From contig NC_058375.1 in assembly GCF_018350175.1 (NCBI RefSeq), positions 22,878,001-22,942,000 of the forward strand: a DNA stretch of 64,000 nt, read 5' to 3'. Shown one piece after another: positions 49,466-60,279 of the stretch (position 1 is its first letter; each line of letters starts with the position of its first letter). Both the position numbers and the translations under genes were made by a program. Origin of the DNA: Felis catus (lineage: Eukaryota). The notes below the pieces were generated by a model that saw only the letters and a program-made list of their open reading frames with translations, searched no databases and was not told where the DNA came from.

Positions 49466-49914
49466 GCCCGAGATGTCAGCCGCTGCACTGCTCTTCTGCA
49501 GGAGGAATACGAGGGTCAAGCATGTAGTTCAGAAGGAGTGTTCGGAAGGCGTATCTGGGGACGGGATGTGAGGGTCAGAAGAGCCAAGCCCTTCAAGCCA
49601 TTCAGAAGCCAGTGGTTGTCATCTGTCGGGAGAGGGAGGACACTCGGGAGTGTCATTGTGGCAGCCTCTCCACACCACAGCTCTACAGAGACTCTTCACA
49701 CCCCAGTGAATCCAAATCTCACGTCAGTCCTCCCCGCCTCTGAGGGTCCGACACCACCGTCCCCGGCCCGGAGACAGCAGGTGGACAGGTGGTGTGGAAA
49801 TCCCACCACATCCCTCCCCCACCAAGAGCCCCCTAGCAGCCCAGCCCGCAGGAACCCCTGAGCGCCTTCCGTCAGCCCCGGCAGAGGCCAGTGGGAGCCA
49901 TGAAGCTCCCAGAT

Positions 49915-51160
49915 CAACCAGATGGACGACCTCCCAGTCAAATTAGAAGAATCGGACCGATTCCCCCAAACCCCAAACTGGTAGAGGTAAACCAAGATGA
50001 AATAAATGGTCTGAACAACCCTACAGCCATCAAACAAGTGAAATTTATAATGCTAAACACTCCCGAGAAAGAAACCCTTTCAGGCCCCCGTGGCTTCACC
50101 GGAGACTTCTACCCGTTGTGGCAAGAATTAATGGCAACACGTCACAGTCTCTTCGAGAAAGTAAGGGACATCTACACTGAGCCTGTAGTTAACTTACTTA
50201 GCGGCGAAACACTGAATGCCTTCTGTCCAAGATCAGGAACAGGGGCTAAGATGCCTGTTCTCATCTCTCTGATTCAACGTGGTACTGGAATTTATAGCAA
50301 CCACAAGCTACCAGAACACGCAGAAACCAGAATTAAAAGCACAGTTCTGTTGCATCACAGAAAGCCAAACCCTGAGCCATACCCCTAACGAAGCATGTAC
50401 GGAATCTGCAGGCTGTAAATTTTAGAAATTAGCCACATGGGAAATTTCAAGAGACCTCCATAAATGGAGAGACAAACCCTGTTCATAGATTTGAATACTC
50501 GGCGTTGGTAAAGACGTCAATTCTCACCAAACTGATTTGTAGGTTTCCCACGATCCTTATCAAAATCCCACCGGGAGCTTTTGGAAACATAGACAGGCTT
50601 ATTGTGATATTTCTGGGGGAAGACACCGACCCTAGACCAGTGAACATATCTTGACAAAGAAAATGGGAAGAATCGCTCTACGTGACATTACGTCTTACGC
50701 TGCGGCTGCATTAATCAAGGCGCTGAGGTGTTGGTGGAAGGACAGACTCATAGATCAATGGAACAGAAGAGAGAACCCAGAAATAGACCCACACAGATAT
50801 GCTCAATTGATTTCTGACAAAAGCGCAAAAGCGATTCAGTGGAGGAAGAATTGCCTATTCGACAAGCAAAGCAGGAGCAATTACCCACCCCGAGGCAAAA
50901 AAAAATTAGCCTCCACCCATCTTCAGACATAAAATGGATCAAAATGGATCACATACGTAAATGAAACCCATAAAAATAGAAAGCTCCTAAAAGAAAATAT
51001 GGGACAAAAATCATCACAATCTGAGGCTAGGCAATGTGTTCTTAGACTTGACATCAAAATGATGATCCACAAAAAAATATAGATGTTGATAAATGACGAC
51101 CTCCCTGGAAATAACATCTTTGCTTTTGGAAGAACCCATGTGAGAAGGCTTCTCTGACAG
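49915..51160 (+). mobile_element. Old L1 ORF2 fragment with large internal deletions
   Basis: NQDEINGLNNP...SGPRGFTGDFY, IYTEPVVNLLSGETLNAFCPRSGTG, and WKDRLIDQWNRRENPEIDPHRYAQLISDKSAKAIQW match L1 ORF2p; no YADD visible. Confidence 0.92.
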
Positions 51161-51499
51161 TGTGACTAGGGCCTTTTAAGCAAGGTCAAGGACGCAGAGT
51201 GGGAGCTGGGACTCCCCAGGAAAGGGTTTATGGAACTTGAACCGGGCAAGACAGAAGAAGACAGAAAACTTTTCACGTCACACTTGGATGAAGGGTTTTG
51301 GAGGGTTTGTTTTGTTTTGTTTTGTTTTGTTTTTTCCCAGCTGCTTAGTGAAGAAACATTGGAAATGTATGTAGACACTTCATTCATTCATCTGTTCACG
51401 CATCGTGCATTTATCGGATACCTGCTATGTGCCTGTTACTTTCCTATGTGCTGGGGCCCGAAGTGGACGAGGTAGGCAAGGTCTGTCTCTCCCACCCGG

Positions 51500-51880
51500 G
51501 ACATGTGGTCCCCGTAGTAACCACTGCAGAGCACAGGAGGCCTGGAGGCATCACACTCATGTTTAACTGCTTTGAGCCAGAAATGAGCCAGGTAGGGGCG
51601 CCTGGGTGGCTCAGGTCATGATCTCACAGATCCTGAGTTCGAGCCCCGCGTCGGGCTCTGCGCTGACAGCTCGGAGCCTGGAGCCTGCTTCGGATTCTGT
51701 GTTTCCCTCTCTCTCTCTGCCCCTCTCTTGCTTGTGCTCTGTCTCTCTCGTTCTCTCTCTCAAAAATAAGTAAACATTAAAAATTAAAAAAAAATAATGA
51801 GCCGTCAGCTATTGGTTCACGGGCGAGAACTAGTCACATGGTGACAGCCTGACTATAGGGGCTGCTGGGGAAGGAAAACA
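51500..51880 (-). mobile_element. Old MLT1 fragment hosting a SINE
   Basis: cagctattggttcacgggcgagaactagtcacatgg after the SINE. Confidence 0.45.
51595..51795 (+). mobile_element. Can-SINE with a 27-bp head deletion
   Basis: ggggcgcctgggtggctcag|gtcatgatc; TSD aatgagcc at 51582-51589 and 51796-51803. Confidence 0.95.
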
Positions 51881-52688
51881 GGGATATTTGACGCATCCTG
51901 TCTCGGGCACCAACTCCAATGAGTATTATTCAAAGTGGGTTGCATTAAATCACCCACGTGGCGAACTGTCTATAGTTTTCTTCCCATAGACTGACTTGAT
52001 TTCATCGTTCTCGAGGATTCCTCGAGCCATTTCTCAAATCTAGAAGCCAAGAAGCTGCTACAGGCAGTGCCACTCACTTCCGTAGGGATGGGGGAGGTGC
52101 CACATAATGACTATAGTCAAGATTCCGGAGCCCAAAAAGGGCCAAACCAGAAAGGCAGCCCGTTGGAGAATGTCACCTCAGCAAGGCTTAGCGTTTCCTC
52201 TGGGTGACAGACACCTTCAACACCACCGTTCTCCTGGACGTGACAGGGAGGGGAAGAGAAATGAGTCTGGAGAGAGGTCGGGAGTCCCCGAGAAGAGTCT
52301 CGTTAGTGGGAAGGATTGGGGGCAGGGGGTGGCTCCGGGTGGGGTTTCCGACGACAGTGACCGAGTGGCCGGGCTTGGAGCCTGCGTTAAATGTCACAGC
52401 AAACAAACCAGGAGACGTGGCCCATTCACCACGTCTCCTCACCCGAGGGGTGTTAATCTTTCTGAGTGACCAGGGCTCCCTGCCCGGGAGGCTTCTGGAG
52501 CCGGGAAAGCAAAAGGCACCGAGTCAAGGGCCTGGCAGGGACCCCGGCACGGTGGCCAGTCCAGGCTCCGCATCCCAGGGACGGCCCCAGTTGGGCTGTG
52601 CTCCCATGGTCATTACCTCACTAATTATCTCAAACCCAATGGAGAGGGGCTATGGGTTGCATTTTGTCCCTCAAAAAGATACATCGAA

Positions 52689-52857
52689 GGGGCACCTAGG
52701 TGGCTCAGTCGGTTAAGCATCCGACTCGTGGTTTCGGCTCACATCACAATCTCCTGGTTTGTGGGTTCGAGCCCTGCGTCAGGCTCTGAGCTGATGGCAG
52801 GACGCCCACTTGGGTTTCTCTCTCTCCCTCTCACTCTCTTCCCCTCCCCTGGGCTCC
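52689..52857 (+). mobile_element. Can-SINE, older subfamily, 3'-truncated (no A-tail)
   Basis: ggggcacctaggtggctcagtcggttaagcatccgactc head, gggttcgagccc, (CT)n, no tail or TSD. Confidence 0.85.
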
Positions 52858-53337
52858 TGCAAGGGCCCAGAAAGAGATGCTGTCCTTGCCAGACCTCCCT
52901 TCTCTGCAGGGAATGGATGTCTTTTCCCCTTCCGGATCCCCTTCCAGATGCATAAAGGAATTCTAGCCCAGGTTCGAGGCTGACACCTTACTGAAGGATG
53001 GCAGGTGGGTGACTGAGAATTCAAGGCCGAGCGAGGTGGAGCTGCCTGGACAGTCCTCAGTTTTCTGGAGCAGAATCTGGAGCGCTCAGAGGGAGGGAGT
53101 GGCTGGGATGGCCACGCGTTTCCTGCTGGATGTGGCTTAGGGGAGCGCCCCCCTTCCCCATGGCCGCTGCCCAGGACAAACCCTAATTCTCTGCCTTCTG
53201 AACAAGTGCCAGAGCTTCCCCACTCCCCCTCACCCTTCCCTCCATCAGTAAACAATTATTGAGCCCCTACTGTATGCCTAGTATAACTAGTTCTGTCTAT
53301 CTGTATACATACTGTATATCTACTGTATAACTAGTTC

Positions 53338-53600
53338 AGGAATGGGCACATGACTCAGGCCTGGCCAGTGAGACTTCATCCTGGGACTGTGTTGGAAAAT
53401 TGAGCAAGCGAAGTGCTCTTCCCTGCTGAAGCTGCCGGGGGCCTCCGGGAGAAGGGCTGCTGGGAGGGGAAGCTCGCTCAAAGGAAAGCCGATCTGAGCA
53501 CCTAGATCCAGCCATACCTGAATTCCCTTGAACTTCTCGGCTACAGAAGCCTATAAATTCCCTTTTCTGGCTTAAGCCAATTTGCATATCTTCTTATAAC
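53338..53600 (+). mobile_element. Old MLT1 (J/K/L-like) LTR fragment
   Basis: gagcacctagatccagccatacctgaa...ccttttctggcttaagccaatttg. Confidence 0.65.
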
Positions 53601-54497
53601 AGAAACGGACCCAATTAAAACAGTTATTATCCCCGTTTGCCCACAGCACCATGAGGTAAACTGCTGCCATTTGCACACTGGTCACTTACTGCCCAGTTGC
53701 TGGGATTCAAGCCCGGGTCTGGCTGTCTCTTACGGTGATGGTCTCGGAGAGAGCTTTAGGAGTTGGAGTCTAAGAGAAGCAAAGTGACAGGCCCTGCGAA
53801 GGGTCGGGGGGGAGAAGACGAGCTCAAAATGCAATTTGCAGAGGCTGAAATTGCTCGCTGAGCCAATCTAATTTGAGATGGCCCACGTTGCAGACAATCT
53901 CCACAATTTCCTGGAAACCTCGCTACTCACCTCAGGGCCAGTCTGACCGTGACAGTTCCATTATTAGGTTTGGCAGGACTGGGATGTCACTGCACCCACC
54001 TGCTAGATCGAACAAGGAAGTGGGGGAGGAAAGTGATTTCTCTCCCCTCACCCCCAGGGGAGCAGCTTTTCAGCGGTCATCAGGGCTTTCCCTGGGTGGG
54101 TTGGGGGGAGGGGCCTCTGGGAGGCCAAGGGCTCGAAGGAACCTTGACGGGTAATCACTCCCCAGAGTGGCAGGTAAGCCACGATTAGCGCTCCGGGCTG
54201 GGGAAGGAAGTGGCCCTGACTCTGCCAACTCCCTGTGACTCCAGCCTGGAAGTTGCTGGAACCCGTGCAGGTGAGCTGAGGCCTCTCAGCGCTGTGGGGT
54301 CCTTTTTCTGTTATAGCCCAGGATCCACCACCAGAAGACCCTTCTGGATTGTTCTTTGTTCAGTGAGCAGACATCTCTGCTTCTATACCAAGAGCTCTGA
54401 GGGCAGGAATCAAATTTCATTCAGGTTGGATCCCCAAAGCCAACACAGTGTTGGCACATTGTAGGGACCTAGTGCATGTTTCTTGACTAATTGGATA

Positions 54498-54502
<5 letters not shown>

Positions 54503-54546
<44 letters not shown>
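54503..54546. repeat. (TA)22 microsatellite
   Basis: Directly visible. Confidence 0.97.
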
Positions 54547-54550
<4 letters not shown>

Positions 54551-54790
54551 AATCTATGGGGAAGGGGATGCATGGGCCAAGGAGGCTCATCCCCAGCCTT
54601 GGGAGTGCACTATGGGATGGGGTCACCTACTCCAGGGTGAGCTGGGGGTGGGATGCTCCAGAGGAGTCTTGGGGAGACGTCCTGGAGAGGGGGATCTGAG
54701 CTGGGCCCCCAAAGGACTGAGAGGATTTGGGAACCAGAGGGGAGGGGAATGTATTCTAGATGCATTCAAGGCGTACCTCATATGCGCCCG

Positions 54791-54934
54791 GTGTGTGTGT
54801 GTGTGTGCGTGCGCACACATACATGTAAGTGTGTGCATGTGTGTGCACGTATGTATGCACGTGTATGCATATGAATGCATGCATGCGTGTGTGAGAGTGA
54901 ACACATACGCGCATGTGTGTGCATGCATTCCTGT

Positions 54935-54980
<46 letters not shown>
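54791..54980. repeat. Compound (TG/CA/CG/TA)n tract ending in a perfect (TG)n run
   Basis: Directly visible ~190-bp near-alternating purine-pyrimidine run. Confidence 0.95.
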
Positions 54981-54986
<6 letters not shown>

Positions 54987-56919
54987 AGAGACTGGTGTGA
55001 TGGGCCTTATGGGGGCAGAAATGAGATTCTATGATTTCAAGGGACCTACGAGTTCTCCTAACGGTCCTGGGAGAAGGTGTAATTGTTCTCACTCTGCGGC
55101 TGAGGGAACCGAGGCTCAGGGAGGTGGGGTGATCTGCCCTCGGTCACACAGCGGCAGAGCCAGGATCTGACTGAGGTCACGTCGCCCACTCTCACCCCAG
55201 CGTATCTGGGGAAGTCAGGTCGCCTGTCCACGGAGGCCTGGGGGCGTCGGCTTCTGTGTACCGGGGGAGGCTCTGCAGAAGAGGCCCTTCGGGACGCAGC
55301 CTTCTCCCAGGGGTCTTTCTCGAACCGTTGGCAAGGACCAGGAAGACAGTTTTCAGGGTCAGCTCAAGGCAGCGCGGTGGAAGGCTGGAGACCAGCGGAT
55401 ACACGCCCGTGGTCCAGCCCCGAGTGCAGACTGACCTTTGATGCATAACACAAGGCTGGAGGCCGTGTCAGAGTCTGAGTCCCGACTGGCTTGCACAACC
55501 CCCGCCCAGCCCAGGGCCTCACCCCGGGGCTGGGAGGTGGCCATGCGCTCTGGGGGTGGGAGGGCAGGGCTGGGGGAACCAGAGTGTGCGATCAGGTCCA
55601 GGGAAGGGTAAGGCAGCCACGAGTCCCATGTGGCCCGGAGCAGTCTGTTTATTCTGTAATTAAGAACAGTGTCCCCTTGCACTCTCAAATGTCCTGGCTT
55701 GGACGGTCATCGTGGGTCACCCTAAGGTGGGGTGAGAACTAACACTGGCCGGGCTCCTTCAGTGCCCGAGGCACACGCAGCCCCCGTCACCGATCCGTCA
55801 CTAGCACCCTGGATCCCGTGGGGCTCCTCCGGCCCCGCCCACTGGCAGGTGACAGGCGCTAGTCCCAGAGGCTCCCCGGGCCAAGGGCAGCTTCCTGTGG
55901 GAACGCGCACCGCAGGATGGAAAGACCCAGTCCCAAGGGCTTGGACACCTGCTCCAGCAGGACCGCTGGCCAGAGATGAAACTTCACAGAGTTTCTCCTT
56001 GGCTTACGGCTGGGGGCAAGAATTTCGTTGTGTTTGAGGCAAAACAACAACAACAACAACAATAATCAACTTTCAATAGTGTGTGGTAATTACTGAAGGA
56101 TGGAAACTCAAAATAGATGGTCTTTGCTTAGCCGGGCAGGAGGGAGGATTTGGAACATTCGACCCGGGGCCCTAAGCTTCGTATAGGGTGGGGTGTAGAG
56201 GCAACGGGGGGGAAGGGGAGAGCTCTGCCAGCACTCATGTTACAGGATGGGGTGGGGAGACCCCGTGGGGTAGGGGATGGGGTGCCGCGGATGCCGACCT
56301 AAGGGCCCCCCGTTGGTGGGTTCCCCACCCCTGTTCTTGTACCTTCCCCCTACCCCTAACATCAGTAAGGCTCAACTCAGCCACCTAAAGGGTAACACGA
56401 GGACAGATGACCATCATTCAGGCCACTGAGGGGTCCCACATGGGATGGGAAGGGGCTGGGGGCTTTGGGGCCTACGGAGTCAGCCTGCTGCACCCTCTAA
56501 CCTCTCTGGGCCGGCCCTCCTCTGCAAGGGCCAGTTAACCGTGCCCCGGGGGCAAGCTCGGTGAGGTGCGGGCCCAGCAAACACTGGAGGCACTGGTTGA
56601 CCCCAGTTAGTAGTGTTACAACAATCATCTGGTCCAAGCAGCCCCATCGTACAGAGGAGGGAAACTGAGGCCCAGAAAAGGCAGGAGCAGGAGGGAGGGA
56701 GCAGGAAGGAGCCCAGGCCTTCTGAATCTGCCCCTCGGTGCTGACCCGTGATGGGTCTCAGCAGCACCAGTCCCTTCCCTGAGTATCCGCAGAGAGCCAC
56801 CCGCCTGCCACCCGCCTGCCCCAGATCATGACCGATTCTGCCCGGCAACGTGAGGCCTTTTCATGAGCCCTCAGAGGTTCTCAGGTTTCCCTGCGGATAT
56901 GAGCAGCAAATATGGGGTG

Positions 56920-57385
56920 GGGGGATGGAGAAAGGGGGGCGAGTACAAGGAGGGATGAGTGGGGAGAGACAGAGGCCACCAGCACAGAGAGAAAAGGAAA
57001 GAGATTCGTGGGGGGGGGGGGGAGGGGGGAGGGGACACACAGAGGGAGATAAAGGCAGAAAAATACATGAAAAGGGAAAGACACAAGAACATACACCCGC
57101 AAACATACCCACACACGCAGACGAAGAAGGAGCCTTTGGGAGAGGGGATGGAAATGAGAGTCTGGCAGAGGCTTGAAGAGAGAGAGGAATAACCCTCCCC
57201 CTGCCCCAACCCCCCTGCCGCTGCCCCAACACACCCATCCAGACGGAGCTGAAGACGGACAGATACAAGCCAGGCCGAGGGGAAAATGGGGTATGGAAGC
57301 ACAGAAGGATAAAGGGACAGACAGCAAGACAGAAAAAAAGAGAGGGAGAGATTAATACACAGAGAGAGAGAGAGCAGGAGAGGGG
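56920..57385. repeat. Purine-rich (GA/G-rich) low-complexity tract
   Basis: Strong plus-strand purine bias including a poly-G run near 57010. Confidence 0.75.
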
Positions 57386-58229
57386 CAGGAGCCAGCAGCC
57401 CAATCATCACAGGCTGGAGCTCACACATTTCTCCCCCTACCCCCTCCATCGCACCCCCTTCTCTCCGCCACCTCCTGACCTGGCTCGCGAGAGCCCGAAA
57501 CGTCGGCCCCAGGTGACAGGTGAATTCTCCCAGGCCCAGCGGCCCGGCCCCCAGCTGCCTTAAGCCAGAGTGCCCTTGACACAGAGAGTGTTAAGGAGTC
57601 CTCTGCACGGAGCAGGGACTTCTTCTCTGTCTTCACCTTGAACCAGATGCCCTGATGGAAGGAGAGAGACCTGCTCCCCTCTGCTCACCCGGCCCAGGCC
57701 TCAGAGTCACTTGGTTCTCCCTGCTGACTTCTGAGCCACGGGGGCCAGAGGCAGGTGCAACCTGCAAACCCCAGCGGGCCTCTATCGGGTGCCCACCGCG
57801 GGCGAGACGCAGCCCCCGCCCCGGGGAGCCTCCACCTGAGAGGCGGGCACCCCCGGCTCCAATGCCCCTTCCTGCGTACGACTGTGGTGAGTCACCTGAC
57901 CTCTCCAAGCCTCAACACCCACCTCCGTGAAATGGGAATAATCGTGGCTACCTCTCACAGGGGCTCCTACAGCTGCGTAAGCAGAATTGGAGGAGAGCTG
58001 CTGACTCCCCTCCTCTTCTGAGGGTAAAGGGAAAAAATGAAAGAGGCCAAGGGCCAACCCCAAGTACCCCAAACTGCATCCCCAAGAGCTCTGCCTGGCT
58101 TCTTCCAGCACGGCGGGCCTTTCCAACGCAGGGAGTCAAGGTCCGGAAGCATATCAAACGCCCCCATTCCGGCCTATTGTCTCTTGCCACCGTTGTTTCA
58201 TCCTTCGCGCGGAGCAAGGTTGGGAAGAG

Positions 58230-58385
58230 GGTGCTGATTTAATTTGCCAGAATGAATAAAGATAGGACAGTATCAGAGGGTGAAGCGAGGGAGCTCGTAA
58301 TTCGCATCCCAGTGCCCCCTCCACACGCCCCGTCTGGACGCCTCACGCCGGAGCTGATTAAGCCTGAGAGTTTCCATCTAACTCC
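58230..58385. promoter_or_regulatory. Candidate enhancer
   Basis: TGATTTAAT 58235-58243, GTAATT, TGATTAA 58355-58361. Confidence 0.35.
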
Positions 58386-60059
58386 CTCCTCTGGCACTGC
58401 GGGAGGCTGGCAGTAGTGTGAGGACGAGGTGTGTAAAAGGGCAAACGAGATTAAGGGGAGGGAGGAGCAGAGGTCTGCGGGTCCCCTGGTGCCCGCGGTC
58501 GCTATGTTGGGGTTGGGGGGTACGCAAAGAACATCTCCGTCAAGGACCGTGTCACGAGACACCCCCGGGGCTTGGAGGGGGGCGCGGGTGGAGGGTGTCA
58601 GTGGGTGTATTTGCAAGAGGGTCCGTCGCAGAGTCCAAAGGCTGCCCTTCCAGGCTGGGTCTGGGAACAGCTGAGATCAGGCACTCGCCGTGTTCACGGG
58701 AGGGGCACCTGCGTCCTGTGCGCACAAAGGCTTTTCATCCGTGCACACAAGGATTTGCGTCATCAGTGAGACAAGGCGTGTGTCCTCTGAGCCACAGGCA
58801 CGGCTTGTTGCCGGGGCGTCCCCGGCAAATTGCCACGGTCCCGAGACTCTGTGGCCGGGCCTGCCAGGACGGACTCTGCGGTCGCTTCCTTCGAGTGCCG
58901 TCGGAGGGGAGAGCACTGGGTCTCCCTCTGACCCCTGTTCTTGGGGCGTGGTGCTCCTGGGGTCCCCGGCATAGTGGCGAGAGAGCTGAGTCACAGCCAG
59001 GGCCGGAGTCACGGGCAGGGTGCGGGAGCTGGGAAGGCCGGGCCAGACTCGGGCTCAAGCGCAGTTTGCAGCCTCTGAAGCTTCAGGGAGAAGAGGCGGT
59101 GAGGACGATGGGCACTGGGTGATGAGTCAGGTGTGAGATGGTGAAGGGGGATGGGGGGTGGGGTGCCGGCAGCTGGAAGGCAGGCCTCTCTCTGGCCGAG
59201 CCATGGGCTCCTTGACCTTGTGGGGTCCAGGCCACCCTGGATGGTGCAAATGTGACAGAACCTCTTGTCAAGGGCTCAGGGGCCCCCAGAGACTTAGGGC
59301 TTAGGAAGCCCCTGCACAGAAGCCGGCCCCACAGCCTGGCAGGTAGAGATACTGCGGTCTAGACGGGGCCGGAGCCTGTCCCAGCTTGCACCGTGAGTCA
59401 GGGCTGAGCCGGACCAAAGCCCAGGCCGCCCGCAGAGAGCGAGGGACACCCTCTGGAGCCTCCGTCCCACCAGGGCATCAGCCTCTGACAACATCACAGC
59501 TCAGGTCTCCCTCTGAGGAGTCGCTCCCGCCGGGTGTGCCGTCTCAGGAGGCCCTGCCAGCGGCTCCCTGCTCCCCGGAAGGGCTGTGCCGGCCCCTCCC
59601 CGTCAGCCCCCAGCAGGTCCCTCTGGGACCAGGCAGTGACGCTGCGTGACGGGGGCGGGGTCAGCAGGCAGCGCGAGGCCCAGCAAGCCCGGGAGGAGGG
59701 GGGACCCGAGGGAGACAGGTGCAGGTGCCAGGTGGACGCCGCACCCCAGAGACCGCTCTTCCGCGGGGACGAGCCGGATGTGGGGCGAGCGGTCTGCCCC
59801 ACGCACACTCCTCTGTGCCCCGGGCCGGCTGTCTCACTCTTCTGAGCCAGGGAAGGGGATACCGACACCGGCCCCCGCGATGACCGCGGTCCCAGGACTG
59901 AGTGATGTGCCCTGAAATACGCACCACGCCCATCCAGAGCCTGGCACGTGAAGGTCCCAGAGAGACGGGGCTCCCTCCTGCCCTCCCCGGGTCCCAGACA
60001 CCCCAGCGCAGGAACGTGGGCTCCACGGTCACACTTCTGGGACTTGTGTCCTGCTCCAC

Positions 60060-60200
60060 TGCCTCCTGGCTGTGGGACCTCCAGGCAAGCCCCTCCCCTT
60101 CCCCACGCCTCAGTTTCCTCATCCGCAAAATGGGAATCATGACAAGTCTATGGTGAGGACTCAGTGAGATAATCCTCACAGAGTGCCTGGCACAGGGCTG
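60060..60200 (+). mobile_element. MIR SINE
   Basis: gcctcagtttcctcatccgcaaaatgggaatc...cagagtgcctggcacag. Confidence 0.8.
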
Positions 60201-60279
60201 GGCACAGAAGACGCACGGATCAAAGGCAGCAGGTGTCCCCTTGAGCTGGGGCTCTGCAGGGCCTTTTATGTTTTCCATG

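Noticed and set aside
54612-55170. Cys/Val- and His/Thr-repeat ORFs
   Set aside because: Translations of (TG)n/(CA)n microsatellites.
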